The notes: generated by a model from the sequence alone, not told the origin. 45,585 nt of DNA from a virus (IMGVR_UViG_648276647_000019:1-45585), one strand, 5' to 3'. Positions 31,774 to 42,317 are shown, numbered from the stretch's first letter. Program-made: numbers and translations.

Positions 31774-34765
31774 CCTTGTTATTGATCTGGGGATTGATGC
31801 CGCTGATTTTAAAGAGCAGCTTCCGCGTATTAAGGCACAGCTGACCGGGGCGGCCCGGGAGGCGGAACGCGCGGAAGCCCGCGTGAAGCAGTTTGAGGCG
31901 CGTCAGAAACAGGCGGCAGAGACTGCACGAAAACAGACCCGGACCCTGAACGATAACGCGCGGGCGCACGTCTCGCTGGCAGACGATGTGGAAAGAACAC
32001 GCCAGCGGATCGGGGCCCTGAACCGGAAAATGCGTGAGGAGCAGGCGCAGGCCAGGGCGCTGGCGGAGGCGCAGGATAAAGCGGCTGCTGCGTTTTATCG
32101 TCAGATTGACAGTGTGAAACAGGCCGGTGCGGGGCTGCAGGAATTACAGCGTATTCAGCAGCAGATCCGGCAGGCCAGAAACCGTGGCGGGATTGGTCAG
32201 CAGGATTATCTGGCGCTGATTTCGGATGTGACGGCGAAAACCCGTGTGCTGACACAGGCTGAGGAAGCGGCCTCCCGGCAGAAAGCGGCGTTTATCCGTC
32301 AGCTTAAAGAGCAGGCAGCCCGCCAGAATCTTTCATCTTCTGAACTGCTTCGTGCCCGGGCGGCTCAGCTGGGGGTAAGCAGTGCTGCGGAAGTGTATAT
32401 CCGTAAAATGGAGCAGGCCGGAAAAGCCACGCAGTCTCTGGGGCTGAAAAGTGCGGCAGCCCGGCGGGAGCTGGGGGTGTTGATCGGTGAGCTGGCGCGC
32501 GGCAATTTCGGTGCGCTCCGGGCTTCCGGCATCACCCTGGCAAACCGTGCCGGATGGATTGATACCTTACTGTCCCCGAAGGGGATGGTCACCGGCGGGG
32601 TTATCGGGGGGCTTGTTGCGGCCGTCGTGGGGCTGGGCAAAGCCTGGTATGACGGTCAGAAGGAGGGGGAAGCCTTTAACCGTCAGCTGTCGCTGACAGG
32701 ACATTATGCCGGGGTCACTGCCGGGCAGCTGTGGACGCTCAGCCGGGCCATTTCCGGCAATGGTATCACGCAGCATGCCGCCGCCGGTGTGCTGGCGCAG
32801 GTGGTGGGCAGCGGGGCGTTTAATGGCAGTGATGTCCCGATGGTGGCGAAAGCGGCCGCACAGATGGAACGTTCAGTGGGCCAGTCGGTCAGCGGGACCA
32901 TCAGTCAGTTTAAACGGCTGAAGGATGATCCGGTTAACGCCGCGAAGGCGCTGGATGATGAGCTGCATTTTCTGACTGCCACCCAGCTTGAGCAGATCCG
33001 CGTTCTCGGGGAGCAGGGGCGTACCAGTGACGCTGCCCGGACAGCCATGTCTGCACTGGCAGAGGAAACCGGTCGGCGTACTGCGGATATTGACAGTAAC
33101 CTCAATGCACTCGGCCGTACGCTGAAATTTCTGTCTGACGGGTGGAAGGGTTTCTGGGATGCGGCCATGAATATTGGTCGTGAAGACTCGCTGGATGAAC
33201 AGATTGCCGCTTTACAGGAGAAAGTGTCGCGGGCGAAAAGACTCCCCTGGACGGCATCATCTTCTCAGGTGGAATACGATCAGCAGCGTCTTAACGATCT
33301 TCAGGAGCAAAAATGGCAGAAGGATTTGCTGGATGCAAAAGCGCAGGCGGAGCGGAATTATCAGGAACAGCAGAAACGCCGGAATGCAGAAAATGCTGCG
33401 CTGAACCGGATGAATGAAACGGAAGCCACACGACATCAGCGGGAAATTGCGCGTATTAACGCCATGCAGTACGCCGACCAGGCGGTCAGGGATGCGGCGA
33501 TACAGCGGGAAAATGAACGTTACGAAAAAACCATCAGAAAAAAAACACCGGCCACCCGTAATGATGAGGCCACCCGCTTACTGTTGCAGTACCGCCAGCA
33601 GCAGGCACAGGTGGAAGGGCAGATTGCGGTGGCCAGACAGTCAGCAGGCACCGCCACGGACAGGATGACAGAAGCACATAAACAGCTTCTGGCCCTGCAG
33701 CAGCGTATCAGCGACCTGGACGGGAAAAAACTGACGGCAGATGAAAAAAGCGTGCTGGCGCACAAGGATGAGCTGGTTCAGGTGCTGACGCTGCTGGATG
33801 CAAAACAGCAGGAGTTGCAGAAGCAGACGGCACTCAACGAGCTGAAGAAAAAAACCATTCAGCTGACCAGCCAGCTGGCGGAAGAGGAGCGCGCTCAGCG
33901 TCAGCAACATAATCTGGATATCGCCATGGCGGGGATGGGCGAACAGCGGCGGCAGCGATATCAGACACAGTTCAGTCTGCAACAAAAATATCAGCAGCAG
34001 ATGGAACAGCTGGAGCGTGACAGTAAGCTGAAAGGGACTTACGGGACGGAGGATTACCGGAAGGCTGAACAGACGCTGGCAGACAGTCTTGACCGGCAGC
34101 TGAACGAAAACAGGCGTTACTGGCAACAGCTTGAAGTGGCGCAGGGCGACTGGAAAAACGGTGCCCTGCGTGCATTTCAGAATTTTACGGCAGATGCGGA
34201 TAATGCGGCAGGAACGGCTGAACAAATGTTTACATCGGCATTCAGCGATATGGGAAACGGGCTGGCAACCTTTGTCACGACTGGCAGACTCAGTTTCAAA
34301 TCCTTCACCTCTTCGGTGCTGTCAGATATGGCGAAAATCCTGGCGCAGGCAGCCATGATGAAGGCAGTAAAGGGCGTCGGTTCTTTATTCGGCTTCACGG
34401 CTAATGCTGACGGCGGTGTTTATCAGTCTGCTGACCTGAGCCGCCACAGTGGTACGGTGGTTAACCGTCCGACGTTTTTTGCGTTTGCAAAAGGCGGGGG
34501 GGTGATGGGGGAAGCGGGACCTGAAGCCATTCTGCCGCTGCGTCGTGGTGCTGACGGTAAGCTGGGCGTTGTGGCGGCGACTGCCGGTTCAGGTATGGCG
34601 ACGTTTGCCCCGCAGTACAACATCACGATCCATAACGACGGCACGAACGGGCAGATCGGTCCGGCTGCCCTGAAGGTGGTTTATGACCTCGGGAAAAAAG
34701 CGGCGGCGGATTTTATGCAGCAGCAGGCCCGTGATGGCGGCCGGTTAAGCGGAGTGTACCGGTAA
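31757..34765 (+). CDS. H: Tail tape measure protein H
   Basis: 1002-aa coiled-coil-rich protein in the canonical position; N-terminus similar to lambda gpH; TTG start after GGAGGAG. Confidence 0.95.
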   Translation: MSQIADLVIDLGIDAADFKEQLPRIKAQLTGAAREAERAEARVKQFEARQKQAAETARKQTRTLNDNARAHVSLADDVERTRQRIGALNRKMREEQAQARALAEAQDKAAAAFYRQIDSVKQAGAGLQELQRIQQQIRQARNRGGIGQQDYLALISDVTAKTRVLTQAEEAASRQKAAFIRQLKEQAARQNLSSSELLRARAAQLGVSSAAEVYIRKMEQAGKATQSLGLKSAAARRELGVLIGELARGNFGALRASGITLANRAGWIDTLLSPKGMVTGGVIGGLVAAVVGLGKAWYDGQKEGEAFNRQLSLTGHYAGVTAGQLWTLSRAISGNGITQHAAAGVLAQVVGSGAFNGSDVPMVAKAAAQMERSVGQSVSGTISQFKRLKDDPVNAAKALDDELHFLTATQLEQIRVLGEQGRTSDAARTAMSALAEETGRRTADIDSNLNALGRTLKFLSDGWKGFWDAAMNIGREDSLDEQIAALQEKVSRAKRLPWTASSSQVEYDQQRLNDLQEQKWQKDLLDAKAQAERNYQEQQKRRNAENAALNRMNETEATRHQREIARINAMQYADQAVRDAAIQRENERYEKTIRKKTPATRNDEATRLLLQYRQQQAQVEGQIAVARQSAGTATDRMTEAHKQLLALQQRISDLDGKKLTADEKSVLAHKDELVQVLTLLDAKQQELQKQTALNELKKKTIQLTSQLAEEERAQRQQHNLDIAMAGMGEQRRQRYQTQFSLQQKYQQQMEQLERDSKLKGTYGTEDYRKAEQTLADSLDRQLNENRRYWQQLEVAQGDWKNGALRAFQNFTADADNAAGTAEQMFTSAFSDMGNGLATFVTTGRLSFKSFTSSVLSDMAKILAQAAMMKAVKGVGSLFGFTANADGGVYQSADLSRHSGTVVNRPTFFAFAKGGGVMGEAGPEAILPLRRGADGKLGVVAATAGSGMATFAPQYNITIHNDGTNGQIGPAALKVVYDLGKKAAADFMQQQARDGGRLSGVYR

Positions 34766-35094
34766 TGGAAACCTTTCACTGGAAAGTCAGGCCGGCCATG
34801 ACGGTGGCATCAGCGCCGCAGGTGGTGAAGGTGAAACTGGGAGACGGTTATGAACAGCGTCGTCCGGCGGGGCTGAATCACTGTCTGCCGTTTTACAGTG
34901 TGACGATCCGTCTGCGCCGGGGAGAGCACCAGAGTCTGGATGCTTTTCTGTCCCGGCACGGCGGCGTCAGGGCATTTCTGTGGACGCCGCCGTACCGGTG
35001 GGAGCCCGTCAGGGTGGTGTGCCGGAAATGGAACGCGTCTGTCAGTGCGGTGTGGGTCACCGTGACGGCAGATTTTGAACAGGTCGTGGCATAA
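34765..35094 (+). CDS. M: Minor tail protein M
   Basis: 109 aa, similar to lambda gpM (FHWKVRP...GDGYEQR...FLWTPPY). Confidence 0.95.
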   Translation: METFHWKVRPAMTVASAPQVVKVKLGDGYEQRRPAGLNHCLPFYSVTIRLRRGEHQSLDAFLSRHGGVRAFLWTPPYRWEPVRVVCRKWNASVSAVWVTVTADFEQVVA

Positions 35095-35104
35095 GGAGAA
35101 TGAG

Positions 35105-35803
35105 ATGCACGCCATTCCACAGGCAACACATGATGAGACGACACGCCTCACGCAGTCAGCCCGGGTGACGCTCTGGGAAATTGATCTGACCGGCATCGGG
35201 GGCGAGCATTATTTTTTCTGTGATGAACTGAATGAAAAAGGTGAGCCGGTCACCTGGCAGGGGCGGGCGTATCAGGCGTACCCCATTCAGGGAAACGGCT
35301 TTGAACTGAACGGAAAGGGAGCCAGTACACGCCCCACGCTGACGGTCTCAAACCTGTACGGCATGGTGACCCGGCTGGCGGAGACGCTGCAGAGTCTGAC
35401 CGGCGGAACGGTGGTCCGGCGAAGGGTTTACGCCCGTTTTCTGGATGCGGTGAACTTTACCGGCGGAAACAGTGAAGCCGATCCGGAGCAGGAGGTGGTG
35501 AGCCGCTGGCGGATTGAACAGTGCAGTGATCTGACGGCGGTGAGTGCGACATTTGTGCTGGCGGCCCCCACGGAGACCGACGGTGCCGTGTTTCCCGGGC
35601 GGATCATGCTGGCAGATATCTGCACGTGGACATACCGGGGCGATGAATGTGGTTATACCGGTGGTGCCGTGGCGGATGAGCATGACCAGCCCACATCCGA
35701 TATCACGAAGGATAAATGCAGCAAATGCCTGCGCGGGTGTGAACTGCGCGGCAATGCCGGAAGGTTTGGCGGCTTCCTTTCCATTAACAGACTTTCGCAG
35801 TAA
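35105..35803 (+). CDS. L: Minor tail protein L
   Basis: Similar to lambda gpL (LWEIDLT, VTWQGR.YQ.YPIQG.GFELNGKG, TWTYRGDECGY); ATG 35105 after AAGGAG. Confidence 0.95.
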   Translation: MHAIPQATHDETTRLTQSARVTLWEIDLTGIGGEHYFFCDELNEKGEPVTWQGRAYQAYPIQGNGFELNGKGASTRPTLTVSNLYGMVTRLAETLQSLTGGTVVRRRVYARFLDAVNFTGGNSEADPEQEVVSRWRIEQCSDLTAVSATFVLAAPTETDGAVFPGRIMLADICTWTYRGDECGYTGGAVADEHDQPTSDITKDKCSKCLRGCELRGNAGRFGGFLSINRLSQ

Positions 35804-35807
35804 ATCC

Positions 35808-36551
35808 ATGACAGAGACAGATTCAGAGATTCTGGCGCACGCCCGGCGATGTGCGCCGGCGGAGTCGTGCGGCTTCGTGGTGAGCACGCCGGAGGGAGAA
35901 AGGTATTTCCCCTGTGTGAATATCTCCGGTGAGCCGGAGGTGTATTTCCGGATGGCGCCGGAGGACTGGCTGCAGGCAGAAATGCAGGGGGAGATTGTGG
36001 CGCTGGTCCACAGCCACCCCGGTGGTCTGCCCTGGCTGAGTGAGGCCGACCGGCGGCTGCAGGTGCAGAGTGGTCTGCCGTGGTGGCTGGTCTGCCGGGG
36101 GGCGATTCATAAATTCCGCTGTGTGCCGCATCTCACCGGGCGGCGCTTTGAGCACGGGGTGACGGACTGTTACACGCTGTTCCGGGATGCCTACCATCTG
36201 GCGGGGATCGCCCTGCCGGATTTTTCCCGGGAGGATGACTGGTGGGATCGGGGCGAAAACCTGTACCTGGATAATCTGGCGGCAGGCGGTTTTCACCGGG
36301 TGGCCCTGTCAGCGGCACAGCCGGGTGATGTGCTGCTGTGCTGTCTGGGTTCACCGGTGGCGAATCATGCCGCCATTTACTGTGGTGACGGCGAACTGCT
36401 GCATCACATTCCTGAACAACTGAGTAAACGGGAGAGGTATACCGGAAAATGGCAGCGACGCACGCACTCCCTCTGGCGGCACCGGGCATGGTCCGCATCT
36501 GCCTTTACGGGGATTTGCAACGATTTGGCCGCCGCATCGACCTTCGGGTGA
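35808..36551 (+). CDS. K: Tail assembly protein K (MPN/JAB plus NlpC/P60-like domains)
   Basis: JAMM-like motif VHSHPGG and Cys/His segments; ATG 35808 directly after the L stop. Confidence 0.85.
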   Translation: MTETDSEILAHARRCAPAESCGFVVSTPEGERYFPCVNISGEPEVYFRMAPEDWLQAEMQGEIVALVHSHPGGLPWLSEADRRLQVQSGLPWWLVCRGAIHKFRCVPHLTGRRFEHGVTDCYTLFRDAYHLAGIALPDFSREDDWWDRGENLYLDNLAAGGFHRVALSAAQPGDVLLCCLGSPVANHAAIYCGDGELLHHIPEQLSKRERYTGKWQRRTHSLWRHRAWSASAFTGICNDLAAASTFG

Positions 36552-37099
36552 AAACGGGGGCTGAAGCCATCCGGGCACTGGCCATACAGCTCCCGGCGTT
36601 CCGTCAGAAACTGAGCGACGGCTGGTATCAGGTGCGGATCGCCGGACGTGATGCCGGTGAAACGGAATTATCAGCCCGTCTTAATGAGCCGCTGGCGGGG
36701 GGTGCGGTGATCCACATTGTTCCGCGTCTGGCGGGCGCAAAAAGTGGTGGCGTGTTTCAGGCGGTGCTGGGGGCGGCGCTGCTTGCGGTGGCGTGGTGGA
36801 ACCCCGCGGGCTGGCTGGGTGCAGCAATGGTGTCAGGCATGACCGTCACGGGCGCCTCGATGATGCTGGGAGGGGTGGCACAGATGCTGGCACCGAAAGC
36901 CGGAACGCCCGGTGCGACCGGCACAGATAACGGAAAGCAGAACACGTATTTTTCCTCGCTGGATAATCTGCTGGCGCAGGGAAATCCGGTACCGGTGGTG
37001 TATGGCGAGATGCTGACGGGCTCACGACGCATTTCAGAATCCACCGACGTCAGGGATGACACCCGTGACGGCCGGGACGTGCATTTGTATCTGCGGTGA
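36449..37099 (+). CDS. I: Tail assembly protein I
   Basis: Similar to lambda gpI (MAATHALPLA...ICLYGDLQRFGRRIDLRVKTGAEAIRALA). Confidence 0.9.
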   Translation: MAATHALPLAAPGMVRICLYGDLQRFGRRIDLRVKTGAEAIRALAIQLPAFRQKLSDGWYQVRIAGRDAGETELSARLNEPLAGGAVIHIVPRLAGAKSGGVFQAVLGAALLAVAWWNPAGWLGAAMVSGMTVTGASMMLGGVAQMLAPKAGTPGATGTDNGKQNTYFSSLDNLLAQGNPVPVVYGEMLTGSRRISESTDVRDDTRDGRDVHLYLR

Positions 37100-37142
37100 G
37101 CGACCGGATACCGGATATTGCAGACGAAAGGAGAGATAACGC

Positions 37143-39962
37143 GTGGGAAAGGGCAGTAAAAAAGGGCACACGCCGCATGAAGCCCCGGATAACCTGAAAT
37201 CCACACAACGGCTGAGTGTGACTGACGTGCTGAGTGAAGGTCCGGTTGTGGGGCCTGTTAACGGGCTGAACAGCCTGCTGATTAATGACACGCCGGTTGT
37301 GGATCCTGCCGGAAACGTGAACCTGCATGGCGTGACCGTGGTTTACCGGACCGGAGAGGAGGAGCAGACGCCGCCGGAGGGATTTACCGCTTCCGGTGCG
37401 GAGACGGTATTGGGTACGGAAGTGAAGCATGACGCGCCGGTCACCCGGACCATCACGTCGGCAAATATCGACCGTCTGCGCTTTACCCTGGGGGTGCAGG
37501 CCCTGGTGGAAACCACATCAGAGGGGGACCGCAATCCGTCAGAGGTCCGTCTGCAGGTTCAGATCCGGCGTGACGGTGACTGGGTGACGGAAAAGGACAT
37601 CACCATTAAGGGGAAAACCACCTCGCAGTATCTGGCCTCCGTGGTGGTGGATAACCTGCCGCCGCGGCCGTTTGATATCCGGGTGTGCCGGGTGACGCCG
37701 GACAGCACCACTGATCAGCTGCAGAATAAAACCTTCTGGTCATCGTACACCGGACTCATCGATGTGAAACAGAGTTATCCCGGTACCGCCGTGGCCTTTG
37801 TGCAGGTGGAGTCAGCGCAGTACGGCAGTCAGCAGGTGCGGATTAATTATCACATCCGGGGAAAGATTGTCCGCGTGCCCTCTAACTATAACGCCATTGC
37901 CAGACGGTACCACGGGCTCTGGGACGGTACATTCATGCCTGCGTGGACGGATAACCCGGCCTGGTGTCTGCTGGATATGCTGACCCACCCGCGTTACGGC
38001 ATGGGAACCTCCCTGACGGTGGACGATATTGATATCTGGTCCCTGTACGCCATTGCGCAGTACTGTGACCAGCCCGTGCAGGATGGTTACGGCAGCTCGG
38101 AGCCGCGGATGGCCTGTAATGCGGTGCTGTCCACACAGCGCAGGGCCTGGGATGTGCTGGCTGACTTCTGTTCGCTGATGCGCTGTATGCCGGTGTGGAA
38201 CGGACAGACGCTGACGTTTGTGCAGGACCGGCCGTCGGATAAGGTGTGGACTTATCACCGCAGTAATGTGGTGATGCCGGATGACGGGGCACCGTTCCGT
38301 TACAGCTTCAGTGCCCTGAAGGACCGTCATAATGCCGTTGAGGTGAACTGGGTTGATCCGGATAACGGCTGGAAGACGGCAACCGAACTGGTGGAGGACA
38401 CAGAGGCCATCCGCCGTTACGGACGTAATGTCACCCGGATGGAGGCCTTTGGCTGTACCAGCCGGGGACAGGCGCACCGCGCCGGGCTGTGGCTGATTAA
38501 AACGGAGCTGCTGGAGACGCAGACGGTGGACTTCAGCGTGGGCGCAGAAGGGCTTCGCCATGTGCCGGGCGATGTCATTGAAATCTGTGATGATGATTAT
38601 GCAGGCGTGAGCACTGGCGGGCGTATTCTGGCCGTTGACCTTCCGGCACGGACCCTGACGCTCGACCGTGAAATCACGCTGCCGTCTTCCGGCACCACGC
38701 TGATAAGCCTGGTCGACGGGAAGGGGGAGCCGGTCAGCGTGGCGGTTCAGTCCGTCACCGACGGCGTGAAGGTGACCGTGAGCCGTGTGCCTGACGGCGT
38801 GGCAGAATACAGCGTGTGGGGGCTGAAGCTGCCGGTGCTGCGTCAGCGCCTGTTCCGCTGTGTGAGCATCCGCGAGAACGATGACGGCACATATGCCATC
38901 ACCGCCGTGCAGCATGTGCCGGAAAAAGAAGCCATTGTGGATAAGGGGGCCCGTTTTATGCCCCGGCCGTCAGCCGGTCCGGTGGCATTATCCCGGCTGA
39001 CAACGGCGATAATTTCCGGTCATGACGGCATCAGCGTCAGGGTCTGCTGGGCGGCACCGCAGGCAGGCAGCGGCTGGCAGTTCAGGGTCCGGCTCATGAC
39101 AACCGCACCGGACGATGACAGCGGTGACGTCCGGTGGCTGTTGTCCGAAAAGGTGACCCGTGACACGGAGACCGTTTTCTCTTCCCTGGCACAGGGCGAT
39201 TACCGGGTCAGCCTCAGTGCCACAGAGGGCACCGGACAGTACTGTGACCCCGTCACGGCGGATTTTACCGTCGGCAGTCCGCCGCCTCCGGTCAGGACGG
39301 AGGTCATTCCCGGATTCTGTAAAGTGACGCTGGTTCCGCATCAGGCGCAGGCACAGACGGACGTGACATATGATTTCTGGTTTTCGGAACAGAGACTGAC
39401 AGATCCACAGAAGGCGGAAACCACGGGGACCTGGCTGGGGCGGGGGCTTTTCTGCACTCGGGAAAACCTGACGGACAGCAGCCATGATTACTGGTTTTAT
39501 GTGCGCAGCGTGAGCGCGACCGGAAAGTCGGCGTTTACGGAGGTGTCCGGCAGGCCGTCAGCCTCAGAGGGGGCGATTGATACGGAAATGTTGTCACCGG
39601 CACTTCAGTCCCGGATAGGCAGTGTTCCGGAGAGCGGGCATATTGACAGCGTGTCCGCGCGGCCGGACCAGACGGTGAGCCGCCGGGTGACCTGGTCCCC
39701 GTCTGACACGGATGCCCGGGAGCTGACCGCCGTGATCAGCGTGGTTTCAGAAGGGTACACAGGGACACTGACGCTGACGGCGGGCGAAAAAACATTTTCT
39801 TATTCCGGTGGCCAGTTGCCGGTGTCCGGCTCTCTGGTGGTGACGGCAGGGATCACCCCGCCGTCAGACATTGTTCTGTCCCTGAGTGCCGCGGAGGGCC
39901 GGTGTACGGCATCGGCGGGGCTGACCGTTTCGCGGTTATCCGGTTCATTCAGCGGAGGGTAA
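37143..39962 (+). CDS. J: Central tail fibre / tail tip protein J (939 aa; lambda-like to about residue 870, divergent shorter C-terminus)
   Basis: N-terminal about 870 aa closely parallel lambda gpJ as recalled; the C-terminus differs and the protein is about 190 aa shorter than lambda J. Confidence 0.9.
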   Translation: MGKGSKKGHTPHEAPDNLKSTQRLSVTDVLSEGPVVGPVNGLNSLLINDTPVVDPAGNVNLHGVTVVYRTGEEEQTPPEGFTASGAETVLGTEVKHDAPVTRTITSANIDRLRFTLGVQALVETTSEGDRNPSEVRLQVQIRRDGDWVTEKDITIKGKTTSQYLASVVVDNLPPRPFDIRVCRVTPDSTTDQLQNKTFWSSYTGLIDVKQSYPGTAVAFVQVESAQYGSQQVRINYHIRGKIVRVPSNYNAIARRYHGLWDGTFMPAWTDNPAWCLLDMLTHPRYGMGTSLTVDDIDIWSLYAIAQYCDQPVQDGYGSSEPRMACNAVLSTQRRAWDVLADFCSLMRCMPVWNGQTLTFVQDRPSDKVWTYHRSNVVMPDDGAPFRYSFSALKDRHNAVEVNWVDPDNGWKTATELVEDTEAIRRYGRNVTRMEAFGCTSRGQAHRAGLWLIKTELLETQTVDFSVGAEGLRHVPGDVIEICDDDYAGVSTGGRILAVDLPARTLTLDREITLPSSGTTLISLVDGKGEPVSVAVQSVTDGVKVTVSRVPDGVAEYSVWGLKLPVLRQRLFRCVSIRENDDGTYAITAVQHVPEKEAIVDKGARFMPRPSAGPVALSRLTTAIISGHDGISVRVCWAAPQAGSGWQFRVRLMTTAPDDDSGDVRWLLSEKVTRDTETVFSSLAQGDYRVSLSATEGTGQYCDPVTADFTVGSPPPPVRTEVIPGFCKVTLVPHQAQAQTDVTYDFWFSEQRLTDPQKAETTGTWLGRGLFCTRENLTDSSHDYWFYVRSVSATGKSAFTEVSGRPSASEGAIDTEMLSPALQSRIGSVPESGHIDSVSARPDQTVSRRVTWSPSDTDARELTAVISVVSEGYTGTLTLTAGEKTFSYSGGQLPVSGSLVVTAGITPPSDIVLSLSAAEGRCTASAGLTVSRLSGSFSGG

Positions 39963-39963
39963 T

Positions 39964-40737
39964 ATGCCGGAGGCAATCAGAATTTCAGGTATCCTGCAGG
40001 ATGGTACGGGGAGACCGGTGACGGACTGTACCATTGTCCTGAAGGCCAGGGTGACCACACAGGATGTTATTGTGAAAACCGCCGGGCACGGAAGCGTGGA
40101 TCCGGCGGGGTATTATGCCATGGATGTTTTTCCCGGTGAGTATGAGGTGATCCTGTGGATGGAGAAACAGCCACCCGCGCATGTGGGGGTGATAACGGTA
40201 TACCAGGATTCTCCGTCCGGCACCCTGAACAGTTTTCTGCTGACGCCGGGCATCAGTACGCTGACACCGGCAGTCCTGAAGCAGTTTGCCGATATTGCCG
40301 CCCACATCGATGTGCAGGAAGAAAAAATCAGTGACGCGGTTAAACGGGCAGAGGCTGCCGTCGGAAAAGCGCAGGCACTGACGGGCGTGCCCGATGAGCC
40401 GGGGTGCTTTGTGATGACGCGTGACGGCTGGCTGAAACGGGAACGTTTTGATGTGGCGGTGCAGAGCGTGTCAGACAACGGCACGATCGACGCGTCGTCG
40501 CACCAGTGTTTTTATATTGACGGGACCAAAAAACTGTCGCTGACATTCACCGGGCTGCCGGCTGGCCGGGTCGTGATGCTGGTTCTGGTGGTCAGGGGGA
40601 GTGGTGGCCAGCTGGTGTGGCCGGATACGCTGCACTGGTCGTGGGGGATCCCGCCGTCACCGGGAAAAACCCGGACGATTATTCCGGTGATCTGGGACGG
40701 GGAGGGGCTGTATGGAGGAGCCCCTGTCGTTATCTGA
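39964..40737 (+). CDS. Hypothetical tail-associated protein (257 aa), translationally coupled to J
   Basis: ATG 1 nt after the J stop with GGAGGG RBS; beta-rich composition; function unknown. Confidence 0.5.
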   Translation: MPEAIRISGILQDGTGRPVTDCTIVLKARVTTQDVIVKTAGHGSVDPAGYYAMDVFPGEYEVILWMEKQPPAHVGVITVYQDSPSGTLNSFLLTPGISTLTPAVLKQFADIAAHIDVQEEKISDAVKRAEAAVGKAQALTGVPDEPGCFVMTRDGWLKRERFDVAVQSVSDNGTIDASSHQCFYIDGTKKLSLTFTGLPAGRVVMLVLVVRGSGGQLVWPDTLHWSWGIPPSPGKTRTIIPVIWDGEGLYGGAPVVI

Positions 40738-40756
40738 TGAAACGGAGGAGCCGGAA

Positions 40757-40951
40757 ATGTTTGCACTTTTACTGAACGGAAAGCCGCTCGATCCGGCAAC
40801 GTTTATTGATGTGGGTTATGTGACGCTGAGACCTTTTTATGCCAGCCACCTGCCGCTGGTGATAAAACATGCGGTGGTTAGTGTGGGGCATGAGAATGTG
40901 CTGCCGGTACTGACCGGACGGACCTGGCTGACATATCTGATTCAGAACTGA
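40757..40951 (+). CDS. Hypothetical small protein (64 aa)
   Basis: ATG 40757 after GGAGGAG. Confidence 0.4.
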   Translation: MFALLLNGKPLDPATFIDVGYVTLRPFYASHLPLVIKHAVVSVGHENVLPVLTGRTWLTYLIQN

Positions 40952-40963
40952 GGTGAAATCAGC

Positions 40964-42040
40964 ATGAATATTATAAATATGGAAGGATTCAGTCAGATCC
41001 CCGCAGATGTGGAGCTGAAGGCAGCATCACCCGATAAAACTCTGGAGGTGCTGAAACGGTATGGCGTGGGGCTTATTACCGGGTGCGGAAATATCAGCAC
41101 CCTCAGTTCCCTGAAAGCGGGAACACAGGTGGTGGATACGGTGGCATATCATGGTCTGCAGGCACAGATATATGGTACCGGAAGCAATAGCGGATTCAGT
41201 CTGACGTTTCTGCTTCCTGATGTCAGGAAGGCAGCTGTCCAGGCCGGTTTCCGTTTAACCGTATCAGCCGGAAAAAAACTGACTCAGTCGCTGCTTCGGG
41301 TCGGCAGTTCATCATTTGGTACCAGCATGGCGGATGATGAGGCAACCAGTTATTATTATGAAATATTTGTCCGTTACAGGGCTGACACCTTCATTCAGGT
41401 GGAGTTGTACTGCAACCGGGTGTTGATGAAAACGGATTCATTCCCTTCCGAAGGCAGCTGGTACACGACCCGTGCGCCGGACAAGGTGGAGGTGACGCTG
41501 GGGTCGGAGAATTTTTTTGCAGGGCATGTTCACGGGACGATGACGATCGGCGATATCTATCTCGGTACAACGGACTATGGAGAGAATTTCAGTGCCGTTC
41601 CGGACCTGCTGGGCAGTGTTGAAGTGGCAGCCTGTCCGGTGGTGGCTTTTGAAGGGAATGCGCACGTCAATACCCTGGGGAAGGATGTGGTGAAAGGGCT
41701 GAACTCCGGGACTGCGGAGGCGGGGTATCTGTCCCTGCGTCCGGTTGACCAGCCGGCGGTGATTACGTTTGAAAGGCCGGATGTCGTGGGAAAGAAGGTT
41801 CTCGGTGTGATGGTGGGGCTTACCTGGCGGAGCAGCAGTGCGCCCAACAACCATCTGGCGTGGCAGGTCAGGCAGGGAGCGGTGGACGGACCGCTGATGG
41901 AGGAGGCCTCAGCCAAAGGAGATCCGGGGAGCTGGACAACGCTGACGCGGACATTTATGACGCCGGTGGATAATACGCCGGTGTGGGATGAACGGAATAT
42001 GCAGTTTTCCCTGGTGCTGTATAACCGGAATAATACGTGA
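40964..42040 (+). CDS. Hypothetical protein (358 aa), candidate receptor-binding/tail fibre-like or moron protein
   Basis: ATG 40964 after GAGGTG; Gly/Ser/Thr-rich beta-type composition; no motif recognised. Confidence 0.5.
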   Translation: MNIINMEGFSQIPADVELKAASPDKTLEVLKRYGVGLITGCGNISTLSSLKAGTQVVDTVAYHGLQAQIYGTGSNSGFSLTFLLPDVRKAAVQAGFRLTVSAGKKLTQSLLRVGSSSFGTSMADDEATSYYYEIFVRYRADTFIQVELYCNRVLMKTDSFPSEGSWYTTRAPDKVEVTLGSENFFAGHVHGTMTIGDIYLGTTDYGENFSAVPDLLGSVEVAACPVVAFEGNAHVNTLGKDVVKGLNSGTAEAGYLSLRPVDQPAVITFERPDVVGKKVLGVMVGLTWRSSSAPNNHLAWQVRQGAVDGPLMEEASAKGDPGSWTTLTRTFMTPVDNTPVWDERNMQFSLVLYNRNNT

Positions 42041-42050
42041 GGTGGAACAG

Positions 42051-42317
42051 ATGACGACCCGGAAAATGAGGGTAAATGAAGAGCCGCAGCGGGTGACGGG
42101 CGGGAATGAGACTGCGGTGATACAGTTTAATGGCACCGTGGCGTTGTGTGACAGTGCGGAGAAACCGGCAACGGGTGCGGCAGCGATGTATTTTTCTTCG
42201 GACGGACGTTACCAGACCCTGACAATCACGCCGCCGTTCAGGGCGTGGATATGGTCCGCCGTGCCGGAAAAAACAGTTGATGTGGTGATAAGTGACTGGA
42301 CGGAATCGGTGAGCTGA
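42051..42317 (+). CDS. Hypothetical protein (88 aa)
   Basis: ATG 42051 after GAGGTGG; 10 nt after the upstream gene. Confidence 0.45.
   Translation: MTTRKMRVNEEPQRVTGGNETAVIQFNGTVALCDSAEKPATGAAAMYFSSDGRYQTLTITPPFRAWIWSAVPEKTVDVVISDWTESVS

Noticed and set aside
37812-38915. 367-aa minus-strand ORF (and other long antisense ORFs at 31830-32255, 33641-34225, 35348-35887, 35823-36296) inside tail genes
   Set aside because: They lie entirely antisense to well-supported lambda-like structural genes (J, H, L, K) in GC-rich DNA, where long spurious ORFs are expected; no RBS or independent support.
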